From NCBI GenBank assembly GCA_947305775.1, contig CAMZEN010000006.1, forward strand, positions 6,080 to 70,079: a DNA stretch of 64,000 bases. Direction: 5' to 3'. Position numbers and translations under genes: made by a program. The DNA is from an uncultured Verrucomicrobiota bacterium (GTDB lineage: Bacteria > Verrucomicrobiota > Kiritimatiellia > RFP12 > UBA1067). Below the pieces are notes generated by a model, which did not search any database, was not told the origin of the DNA, and was given only the letters and a program-made list of their open reading frames with translations. Positions 49,901-56,023 of this stretch are shown here, one piece after another. Each line of letters begins with the position of its first letter. Within the stretch, counting starts at the first letter, position 1.

Positions 49901-51175
49901 ATCGGCAACCACCGCTGAACGCGTGCTGAGAGTCTGTGCGAATGTTGCGTTTTCGCCGAAAGAAATCTCATCGGCAGAATTTCCCCAGCCTGTAGCTGTT
50001 GTCGGCGCAGAAAGATCCGCTCCCGTAAAAGGCGAAGTGAACGTCACGCTGTTGGCCGCGCATGTGAGCGTAATTTCAGATTCAGTTATGGCGGCCGTCA
50101 CCTTGCAACCGGCAACAACAGGCACTTTAACAGTAATCAAATCGGTGCCATAAATTTTGCCAGAAACAAGCGTAACGGAAGGGTTCAATGCAGTAAGGGA
50201 CGTAACGCCCGTAGCGTCAATCGTAAACGTTGTTCCGTCTGCGATATAAAGCGGGCCACTGCCGCTGTTGATGTTGAGCGAGCCAGAACCTGTCACTGTC
50301 AACGTAGAATTCTGTTGCACAAATACCGCCGCAGGAGTGGCCGATGCCGTGAGTGTCGCAGATGCGGGGAGGTTTACACCATCTGTTGTTGTTGTCGTAT
50401 TTATGTCAGTAGATACAGTGGTCATACCTGAAAGCGACCATGCAGAAATATCATAAGGTGTTGACTCATCGGCATTCTCGAAAATAACAACGTAATCAGT
50501 TTGTAGATTAGAAAAATTTCGAGCATTATTGTTGTAGGCGCCGCCTATTGTTACGCCATAAAGATTATATGTATAGTTTCGGCAACCATAGCCATAAGCA
50601 TATATATCCCCGTTAAAGTATCCTGTCGTACCGTCTTCCCCGTCTACAGAATCAGCAGTAGCTCTATCACTCCTAAATCGTGCAGCGGTAAAATCCCACG
50701 CCGAATCACTCAATGTTACACTTTTAGTAATAGAGCCTGAAGCACCTAAGTCCCAGGCTGAAGACATCTTGCCATCTGTTTTAAGTATAACACCAAGTTT
50801 ATTATCACCATAACCATTTCTGTATGAATACAAAACGGGAATGTTGGATACATCTTGAGTACTTCCACTTTTCATTTTCACTCGCGAAATGACCGTCAAC
50901 AATTTTCCGCTATCGGAAGATTTCATAAATGTGACGCCGCCGTTTGCGCTTGAAGAAGTCGAGCCTATGGTAATCACACCATCTGAAATGCTGTTCCCTT
51001 CGCCCGATGCTGCATTGTTAAGGCTAAATGTATAGTTGCCGTGCGCAACATTATTAGCAAAATCCCTAAACCAAAGTGCTTTTGGTTTCCTTGCCGCATG
51101 CGCTTGGAACGTCGCGCAGATTGTTAATGCGAGCGCGAGCGTTCGCAGTATTGTCTTTGTTGTTTTGTGTATCAT
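40910..51175 (-). CDS. giant secreted repeat protein (~3420 aa): signal peptide, beta-strand repeats, embedded SGNH/GDSL esterase, LamG-like lectin domain, GTIFSVY C-terminus
   Basis: N-terminal TLALALTICATFQAHA. Many G-x-G-T-L/V-T-L/I repeats. GDSL block KIWAYGDSITEGF (near 44680) with DYLHPD (near 44020). The second ATG (51175) has the better AGGAGA spacing. Confidence 0.85.
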   Translation of the reverse strand: MIHKTTKTILRTLALALTICATFQAHAARKPKALWFRDFANNVAHGNYTFSLNNAASGEGNSISDGVITIGSTSSSANGGVTFMKSSDSGKLLTVISRVKMKSGSTQDVSNIPVLYSYRNGYGDNKLGVILKTDGKMSSAWDLGASGSITKSVTLSDSAWDFTAARFRSDRATADSVDGEDGTTGYFNGDIYAYGYGCRNYTYNLYGVTIGGAYNNNARNFSNLQTDYVVIFENADESTPYDISAWSLSGMTTVSTDINTTTTTDGVNLPASATLTASATPAAVFVQQNSTLTVTGSGSLNINSGSGPLYIADGTTFTIDATGVTSLTALNPSVTLVSGKIYGTDLITVKVPVVAGCKVTAAITESEITLTCAANSVTFTSPFTGADLSAPTTATGWGNSADEISFGENATFAQTLSTRSAVVADVFAGTYSVVNGLLKAYEAATNADKDSYLMVSGGTASIVNGRQTAPYGATSTKSTTGDSIVQLQGDASVDYVFGSGDQGHGTTLTGNSGVTVKGNAVVKGAIVGGWGSSHQATPVVTGNTAVRIENIQSNNSAGTSSGGVNVCIPNDLVIGGSSLQWNVNGHSTIQGSSSVVVAIAEATGSFAKRIVGGSSSDNSTGDYYGNESVGGNSSVTITAPNVTFPKLIVGGGYANSKAGYSSSVGGNSSVTINSGTYTGTLVAGGYAESGGTSTVAGNATLTLNGGTFSGATISAGTASGTKSLVIGGDVDLSGTTINDSGFDGLSVSATKTLSLGEKRLVRASDLTLTTIGDGGKVSFRLTSAEDAAEHAVLINCSVADMTGKFTILDSTGSDITSSVADKVSVRNGYLIYMDVNAYTVTIGSGETAWDSVSWTLAGSSEAMATAAADVNAEATITLNGGTLVISDGETFAGKLTITGTGTLKFTGNATLTSDLDITIGSGVTLDFSGLTNLTNMGRGDTIISAVAITVGTSSITFPSKWECTYSTSATSFDIEGFNTESDSVSINIVGGAASRSGKRITSGDAGFYPVSNSQWNQIAEKTTTDAVSVSVDVVERLAAGVLTQEAGMVATASAKNAYTSGAATTGANAELMYGYLDDGDSGASITVKNIPYSEYTVFVYMGTDVSSDEKNFRPVTINEISYCGSGSTTVAGSSNWGVYTSARGNVTLAEGSNYLKVIGQTSSTLTVQGSTGNDGYRCGIAGIQIVNTGTRPTIYAATLDGAEGTLLPSGESTGMTKTSVGSWSGSSTAKIILTNPTDVNSTVTIGENINTGSLKIRGAGTVTLAIGDGKTLTINDDKVDLTEFSGTLCVDTTMPYNVFAANSAYQTNNGIVRFLGENLEFTGEASLPFGKIAFNSATLKAAAGNQYIDSTYRTIVVEDGDDVTIDSGVYYTSLNFDVRGGSLRMANTTKFWFGNNSTFTQTGGTVTFDGTGSDFAAGSSSCGIFGYSRSGVVNISGGLFDMSKMPLNLWASSSALNLSGDGQVKVKGIIAHGNSGRTVTVGGSSKLILTGTQGIDTSLASVTLRGGTIELQESATIAKQLTLDASTESTVSVAATKTATLSGGVTGTGTLKLDGAGTIANSTALTNVSAIDFTKGLAVNVDVTLPAGAVLYVGNDDVTIGGAVTQSGTLVIDGSAITSGDPSDTITITASSDTFTVANVSTQNMPGSWMLDTTNSTGTELKLVASEVATVGENSYATIAAAIDAANSGETKTVTLTSNTGDSSTPVTIPAGVAVNFGSYTLTCGTLTVGSGVVVNMANISATKVEGSGTVIYDGTYPPTGLGWTDADNWRGTLVIKSISDKQGLVLNNIGNENSVVRLDGVSDAYFDGSQEAKPTLDLDGSGLTLHYANSDNVVILSKLTGSGPLSITGGSSYGAAVVVKESSLFTGAITLQAGCQQQLIFGDSGSDATTAKIIVNSGKIATVPTGTTWSAAGGFDVNGTLAFDGTGSVGSNVTTSNGSTLDFSGFTGTTPAISGSLTLASGTTIKLPDSANLSTGYQVASSGGSGFINATVQIDVGEPTTENIRFDSGTIYVVSPVQINTNDKTYTVSEVFGTPTATSDYVINVTATATMTVPGTAVRTVTYNFTADGNTITLADGYKVPATTTNLKITDASSLTAGNYTLFQWTTKQVLSAGYGTMSSLDVSGLPSNLSAELVYCVDKIVLRVYDTAAQAAKGTLKIWAYGDSITEGFNLADTCANYRGLLCQKLSLLGFNVETVGCYDKISNAAESSELMPKDPAGQDLPPRWRWHSAKHGSTAGPTSADTRANLIENVDSLCAQVGKPDVVLLHIGVNDLGASKDFTGATMTKEIVFKSWTNVVWHLVNNLPESKIIVSTLLYGNASSASRKSSNAKIKEFNELVRTQMNLAPGAAGAFPSRVILADLNTCFETTETEAAPAGITIDTGIDYLHPDWWGCDQMAEGWLSAITDVSKANFSPDDAFPSATPLVAPTKEQLGAAAKAELATYLPGFRRVCYLEAAHGLLTNLSDAIPYVEKDDTIAANTYTKVGYFVEIVRSDNNAHQWVWVDMDAFGERNLEDVGLPVKNIQQVVTSLHVMSNHRGIETVAADDDSVSGFIEFSPYQLNPNASGVADAPADENNTYDWNDTLLNDYGSFACMQVHRIAPSSGRAAQVLFAYNNWRSAIDYPAELGIGNLSQHFFKVSGKNKSTDWTATSLSSTLNTSKYNVKRIEIWAKPEYTATMSATGNFSGLEFSPTLPTDTSACDLIVNVTANAELTFGSLTAVDTIKFDIDEDVTLTIVDADNLTAGKVIVYGTGTLKIAGSITTDIEVFDDATFAFGSGESLAITGNLTVASGKTLTLAPSTITSGTAVMLTADSVVGDIAFAAPDEANYEYSMSRSGSTFKIVRIPTNPAFSFDGTIGATPTGWFSSWAGEGFDTYLRVGPSSTLPTVYEVTEGKHPYHETVAWTDKDITFSIYADISQVSETGKQMLVGVGRTGEVDNRKFLILYREGASVKFGVWDTGKYSDDGDPTHLVGTAATVTAPVSSGYHLYTATFNHVTGDVKLYLDDSAAATGSAGGAIALATGFQIGSILRGVNHDNWSRCSGDHGLTKGVGMAVAAIRGYDAVLEAEQVAKLVEDFPATDGTQMTFSVQPNASGKTLTVYSSAETVPTSFGPSAGSVVIPSGNTVSVTNLRTYPNGDGGEAINSVTINGTLNVSAVDTVVNDSDAGKGVVLGYWVKSGSANTKTTISVSDGGVLNAQDAYVMIPWSGQVKEAKLEISGGTARVKGLYCNGTAGVVSGQVNLSNGGTLEVATIPAGGRVITKNFGKGTFRITDNATEGRAINFQGDSAENATILDPNGHTLTLEAAAVTGSGYIKIASGTTGTVVFNGGSFTGTVVIDANAAVVQGTIPGTLKSGVADNCVCSVTVEETTTYYPTFDSAISAAGANEITVHNYNDEPLPAHYRVKDGKLVLKPGTIFSVY

Positions 51176-51298
51176 ACTCATTCTCCTGTTTGTTAGTTAA
51201 AGGATTTGCGGTGGGATTGAAATTGAGCGGGGTCGCTATTGCAGTTCGAATGATGCTTTGATATAATATCCACCAAACGAACTACAAAGGATTGCGAA

Positions 51299-51586
51299 AT
51301 GACTACATCAACATTGCAGATACGTGTCGATTCCGACCTGAGACGCGATGCCGACGAGCTCTTCTCTCGCGCCGGTCTTGACATATCCAGCGCGGTGCGC
51401 CTGTTTCTCAGGCAGTCGGTCATTCGCCAGCGCCTTCCGTTCGAAGTCGTTGCGGTCAATCCCGATCCGTTCTTCTCTGCGGCAAACCAGCGCGTTCTCG
51501 GGGAGTCCATTCGCTCATACGAGCGAGGCGAGGCAAAACGGCGCAAACAATCATCTAGCGACAAACCCGCTAAGGATGATGCATAA
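51299..51586 (+). CDS. RelB/DinJ-family antitoxin with no adjacent toxin
   Basis: LQIRVDSDLRRDADELFSRAGLDISSAVRLFLRQSVIRQRLPFEV fits the DinJ/RelB RHH pattern. TGATATAAT -10 element upstream. Confidence 0.7.
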   Translation: MTTSTLQIRVDSDLRRDADELFSRAGLDISSAVRLFLRQSVIRQRLPFEVVAVNPDPFFSAANQRVLGESIRSYERGEAKRRKQSSSDKPAKDDA

Positions 51587-52013
51587 GAAAGTATGCGACA
51601 AGGCATGACGCGGCTATGGCGCGTCGCGCTTATTGTCTTGAGCTTCCTCATCTACACACACCTCAGCCCCTCGGTTTTTGATCGGGCTTGGTGTGGGCTT
51701 TCTGACACCTCCCCCGATGCATCGCGTGAGGCGCCTGAGAGAACCTTGAAAGATACAACGGAGAAGGCGAAACTGCACGGACTATGGCAGTGTCCTTTTT
51801 CCTTGTGTCTTTCGGGTGAAGTTTCTCAGGCTTTCACGCGACACATACCCAAACGCGTTTCAGGCTCAGCGTTAGAGCCCTTCCCGCGCGGGAAATCTAA
51901 CCTATTGATTTGCGGGTCCATACCCGCCTATCAGCAGACAACGGTATTATATCACAATACTCGCAGAAGAATCAAGTGCTCACAGTAGAGCACATTTGGC
52001 GCATTATGGAATC

Positions 52014-53114
52014 TCATCCACAGATGGATACAACCGCCTTTCGCGCAGTGGCGAACGCCAGCGTCAGGTTGTAGCCGCCCGTAGGACCGTCTATGTCGAG
52101 AACCTCGCCCGCGAAGTAGAGTCCCTTGACCTTGCGCGACTCCATGGTATGCGGGTTTACGTCATCAAGCGAAACGCCGCCAAGGGTGACTATGGCCTCC
52201 TTTACGGGGCGTGGCCTAAGGTTGCGGAAGGTCAACCGTTCGTGCGCGAACCACACCTCTATTGAATAGTCGGACATGTTTTCATGCTCTATGAACCGCT
52301 GGCTGTTGTAGACCGCCGCCCCGCTAAGGCCAAAGCTTTCGCAATCAACCTCGCCACGGTAGTCGAACACAACCCTTCCCGACGCATCCATCACTTTGGC
52401 GCGCCCGTCCTCGAAGCGGCGCCCCGCAAGGGAGGTTATGCGGCGGTCGTTCGCCTCAAGTCCTATAAGCCCCGGACGGTAAGGCACCAGCCTGTGGCCG
52501 AGCGCACGGGCAAAGTTCTGTCCGTCGCCGACGGAGCCCGTCTTGGGATAGCTTACGCCGCCTGTCGCAACCAGCACGTTCTCCGCCGACAGGTCGAAGT
52601 TGGCCGTGCGCACCACGAAGCCGCCGCGCGGCGCGACGGCTATGCCAACGACCGGACAGTTCGTCAAGATCGGCACACTCTCATCGCGCAGCAGGTCGCC
52701 GAACGCATGTACTATCGTAGCGGCTTTGCCGTCCGCCGGGAACATTCGCCCGTCAGGCATCCGGCGCAGCGGAACATTGAGCGACTTGAAGCCCTTGATC
52801 ACTTGGCGCGGAGGGCACTCGCGGATCGCCTCCGCAACCCATCTGGCGCATGGCCCCACATCGCGCAGGAAGTCTTCAGCTGAAATATCCTTTGTAAAGT
52901 TGCAGCGTCCGTTGGCCGTCATCAGCACCTTGGAGCCTAGACGGGCCTTGCGCTCTATCAGCACGCACGGCACATGGCGCTCGGCGGCAACCGCAGCGGC
53001 GAACATTCCTGCCGCGCCTCCGCCGACGATCGCCAACTTTGCGGCGCGAACCGCGCCTTCGTCTCCACGCTTCACCATGTCTGCCGTCTTTGCCATATGA
53101 TTGTTTGTTTTCAT
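52014..53114 (-). CDS. HI0933/BaiN-like NAD(P)/FAD-dependent oxidoreductase
   Basis: LAIVGGGAAGMFAA dinucleotide fold and C-terminal GEVLDIDGPTGGYNL signature. ATGA overlap with the upstream helicase stop. Confidence 0.8.
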   Translation of the reverse strand: MKTNNHMAKTADMVKRGDEGAVRAAKLAIVGGGAAGMFAAAVAAERHVPCVLIERKARLGSKVLMTANGRCNFTKDISAEDFLRDVGPCARWVAEAIRECPPRQVIKGFKSLNVPLRRMPDGRMFPADGKAATIVHAFGDLLRDESVPILTNCPVVGIAVAPRGGFVVRTANFDLSAENVLVATGGVSYPKTGSVGDGQNFARALGHRLVPYRPGLIGLEANDRRITSLAGRRFEDGRAKVMDASGRVVFDYRGEVDCESFGLSGAAVYNSQRFIEHENMSDYSIEVWFAHERLTFRNLRPRPVKEAIVTLGGVSLDDVNPHTMESRKVKGLYFAGEVLDIDGPTGGYNLTLAFATARKAVVSICG

Positions 53115-56023
53115 GACACCACCACGCTCTGCGTCGAAACCAGAAGCAGCTTCAGCTCGATGCGATCTTCGGGAATGCCGACAAGCGCGGAAAGCGCAGC
53201 GCGGTAGGAAAGCATCTGGCTCCGATATGTGCCGCGCATGCGCGATTCAAATTCATCCAGACTCTCGCCGGGCCTGACGGCGTTCGTCTTGAAGTCGCAG
53301 ATCGTCGCACGCCTTGAAGCGCCCGCGCCCGCGAACACAACCCTGTCGAACTGCCCAGACTCCCACCGGCCTGCCGCGAATATCTCATATGGCTTCTCGC
53401 GCCATACGGACGCCTCTGGCGAAGGCTTCATTAGCTCGCGTTCAAGCGCGGTCTTCGCGTCCTGCTCAGCAAGCCACTCCACCCTGCTGAGGCGCTCGTG
53501 AATTTCAGTTCCCCTGCGGGCCGCCTGACCAAAGCCGTCGGCAAAAAGGACATCGCCTCTTAGTCCAGAATAGAATGATTCGCTCGGGCGCACCTTCACC
53601 ACTTCGCGCCTCGGCCTGCGAACCATGCATGGCGCAGCCTCCTTCGCGACTTCGGCAACGCGCTCCTTGCGCAAAGAAAGATACCATCCCCTGTCGCCGT
53701 CGGTGGTGAGTCCCACAAGCCTTACAAGGTCGCTGAACTTCTCCGGAACTTTAGGTGGCTTGGCGTTCGCAGGGTGAAGTATGATCGTCAGCGCCTTCTT
53801 CGCCCTTGTCATGGCGACATAGTCCAGACACAGCGCACCGTAGCGCGACACATGCTCGCGCCTGCGCTCCGCCGCGCCGAGAACCGCGTCCGAAAGCGCA
53901 ACCTGCCGACCCGGATTCGAGACGATCCACGCAGGCGACTCGCACTTCAGCTGGCCCACGTGCCGAGAGTCCACGAGACCGTCCGGTTCAAAGAACGGAA
54001 TTATTACATAGTCGAAGCCAAGCCCCTTCGACTGGTGCATGGTCATTATCCTTACCATGCCAGCCTCGGCAAAGTCCCTGCGCGTCCTGTTTGCAAGATA
54101 GTCAGCGAAGTCGCCAAGCCGCGTCCTTGAGTCGCGCATCGCCTCGAACTCGGCGACGCACTTCATGAAGTCCTCGAACCTGGACTCGATGAAGTCGTTC
54201 CACGAGCCGGGCACCTTCTTGAGCGCTTCGCGCACTTCGCGGAACATGCGCGCAAGGCCCTTCTTCGTGAAGTCCTCCAGGAGCTGCGCCGAGACCTCAG
54301 CTGCGCAGCCCATGCCGTCCGGCCACAGCGCAGCGGCAAGCGGCGTATGCCGTATATGTTCGTATGCAAGAGAGTCCGACGAATGCTCGGCAAGGCGGAG
54401 AAGATTCGTCATCGCCGACATTACAGGCGAGTCGGCCACGATGCTGTCGCCCTCGAAGACTACCTTGTCGATGCCATGCGATTTGAGATGGGACAGCAGC
54501 GCCTCGCCGGTTGAGTTCTTCCTGACGAGTATGGCGCAGGTGATTCCGCGATCCCACGGCTTGACGGCCTCCAAAGCGTTCGCAACCGGCTCGAAGAAAT
54601 CGGCGACCGTCGCCACCCGGCCTTTCTTTACGGCCTGCACCACCTCGACAAAGCCTTCGCTCGAATTGTCGTGGCTGATGTGATCGCGACAGCGCCACAT
54701 GGCGCCTTCGGGGGCGTCGTCCATCTCGAATGCGCCGCGCACGGTCGCTTCGCCAAACACCTTGTTCACCGCCCTTGATATCGCCGGCAGATACCGCCTC
54801 GACTCGTCAAGAAGGCCAAGGCTGTTCGGCGCCCTCCTGGCCAGCTCGACCTGTTCGCCAAGTATCCTCACGTCGCCGCCGCGCCATTCGTAGATCGACT
54901 GCTTGCGGTCGCCAACGATGAACACGGTGCGACCGCCGTCAGCCTGCCGTCCCTCGTTGACGATGTTCCCTATGGCCTGCCACTGACTGCGGCTCGTATC
55001 CTGAAACTCGTCCAGCGCCCAGTGGTCGAACTTGCAGTCCATCCTGTACTCAAGCGAAAGACGGGCCGACTCCGAAAGAGACTTGAGAAGAACCGGCATG
55101 TCGTCGAACGCGACAAGTCCCTTCGCACGCACCTTCGACGCATAGGCCGACTCGTAGGCGCGCATGAGCCAGTATACGCCTCGCGTCTCCTCAAGCGCGC
55201 GAGCGATTCGCCAGACGCGCATCATGTGCAGCACACGCTCTGCATCTGGGTCGCCCGCCATGCATTTCGGCATGGCCGGGACAGACCCGCTGAACGATGC
55301 GACCGCGTCTATGAATGTCGCGGCGCCCTTCTTTTCTCGAAAGCGCTCGAGCTGTATCGCACTGGACCTTATCTCCCCAAGCGAAACGTCAAGACCATGG
55401 GGCGGTTCGCCGCTCCAGACCACAAGGGGCTCGCCCCATTCGGACATCTGCAGCCTGTCGCGATACTCCTCCCGCCAGTTCTCTATGAACTTCGCGAAGC
55501 CGTCCAGAAAGCCGCGCGCCCCTGCGTTGCCGAACGCCAGCCGGAAAGCCTCCCGCAACATGGACTTCGCATCGTCGCCTTGCAACATAAGCAGGTCGCC
55601 CACAAGCCGCACGCGCTCCACAGGCGTTCTGTACTCGCTCATAACAGCGACTTCGCCCTCCAGACCAAGCTCAAGCGGAACCATGCGGATTATGCGCATC
55701 AAGAAGCTGTCCAACGTGCCGATAAGCGAGAGGTGCTGGCGAGAAATGACCTTTCTGAGCATCGCCGCGAAGTCGGCGCTCGTCAGACTTAGCCCAAGTC
55801 TTCTGCCTTCCTCCGCCGCGACAAGCTCATCAGCCGTCGCGTTCGCAAGGCGCTCTATGAAGCTGTTGAATATCTCGCCGGCCGCCATGCGCGAGAACGT
55901 GAGCGCTACGATGCGCTCTGGCTCTACGCCTCCAAAGATGAGTGCAAGAAGACGCGTTACGAGCGAGAACGTCTTTCCTGTTCCGGCTGAAGCCTCTATC
56001 ACCGTCAGCGGAGGCAATGTCAT
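53111..56023 (-). CDS. UvrD-family helicase with C-terminal PD-(D/E)XK nuclease (AddA-like)
   Basis: Walker A EASAGTGKTF, helicase motifs, C-terminal ICDFKT nuclease motif. Confidence 0.8.
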   Translation of the reverse strand: MTLPPLTVIEASAGTGKTFSLVTRLLALIFGGVEPERIVALTFSRMAAGEIFNSFIERLANATADELVAAEEGRRLGLSLTSADFAAMLRKVISRQHLSLIGTLDSFLMRIIRMVPLELGLEGEVAVMSEYRTPVERVRLVGDLLMLQGDDAKSMLREAFRLAFGNAGARGFLDGFAKFIENWREEYRDRLQMSEWGEPLVVWSGEPPHGLDVSLGEIRSSAIQLERFREKKGAATFIDAVASFSGSVPAMPKCMAGDPDAERVLHMMRVWRIARALEETRGVYWLMRAYESAYASKVRAKGLVAFDDMPVLLKSLSESARLSLEYRMDCKFDHWALDEFQDTSRSQWQAIGNIVNEGRQADGGRTVFIVGDRKQSIYEWRGGDVRILGEQVELARRAPNSLGLLDESRRYLPAISRAVNKVFGEATVRGAFEMDDAPEGAMWRCRDHISHDNSSEGFVEVVQAVKKGRVATVADFFEPVANALEAVKPWDRGITCAILVRKNSTGEALLSHLKSHGIDKVVFEGDSIVADSPVMSAMTNLLRLAEHSSDSLAYEHIRHTPLAAALWPDGMGCAAEVSAQLLEDFTKKGLARMFREVREALKKVPGSWNDFIESRFEDFMKCVAEFEAMRDSRTRLGDFADYLANRTRRDFAEAGMVRIMTMHQSKGLGFDYVIIPFFEPDGLVDSRHVGQLKCESPAWIVSNPGRQVALSDAVLGAAERRREHVSRYGALCLDYVAMTRAKKALTIILHPANAKPPKVPEKFSDLVRLVGLTTDGDRGWYLSLRKERVAEVAKEAAPCMVRRPRREVVKVRPSESFYSGLRGDVLFADGFGQAARRGTEIHERLSRVEWLAEQDAKTALERELMKPSPEASVWREKPYEIFAAGRWESGQFDRVVFAGAGASRRATICDFKTNAVRPGESLDEFESRMRGTYRSQMLSYRAALSALVGIPEDRIELKLLLVSTQSVVVS

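Noticed and set aside
51193-51651. 152-aa minus-strand ORF opposite the RelB/DinJ gene, and the 131-aa plus-strand ORF at 51593-51988
   Set aside because: The first is antisense to a recognisable antitoxin. Neither resembles any toxin family, and both are Arg/Ser/Cys-rich.
51590-52013. tmRNA, RNase P RNA, SRP RNA or TPP riboswitch in the unassigned 420 bp
   Set aside because: On either strand I could not find the tRNA-like GGUUCGAnUCC end, a GAGGAAAGUCCGGGC-type P4 element, or the SRP GGAA motif context. The isolated CUGAGA words are insufficient. An Rfam scan is needed to settle it.
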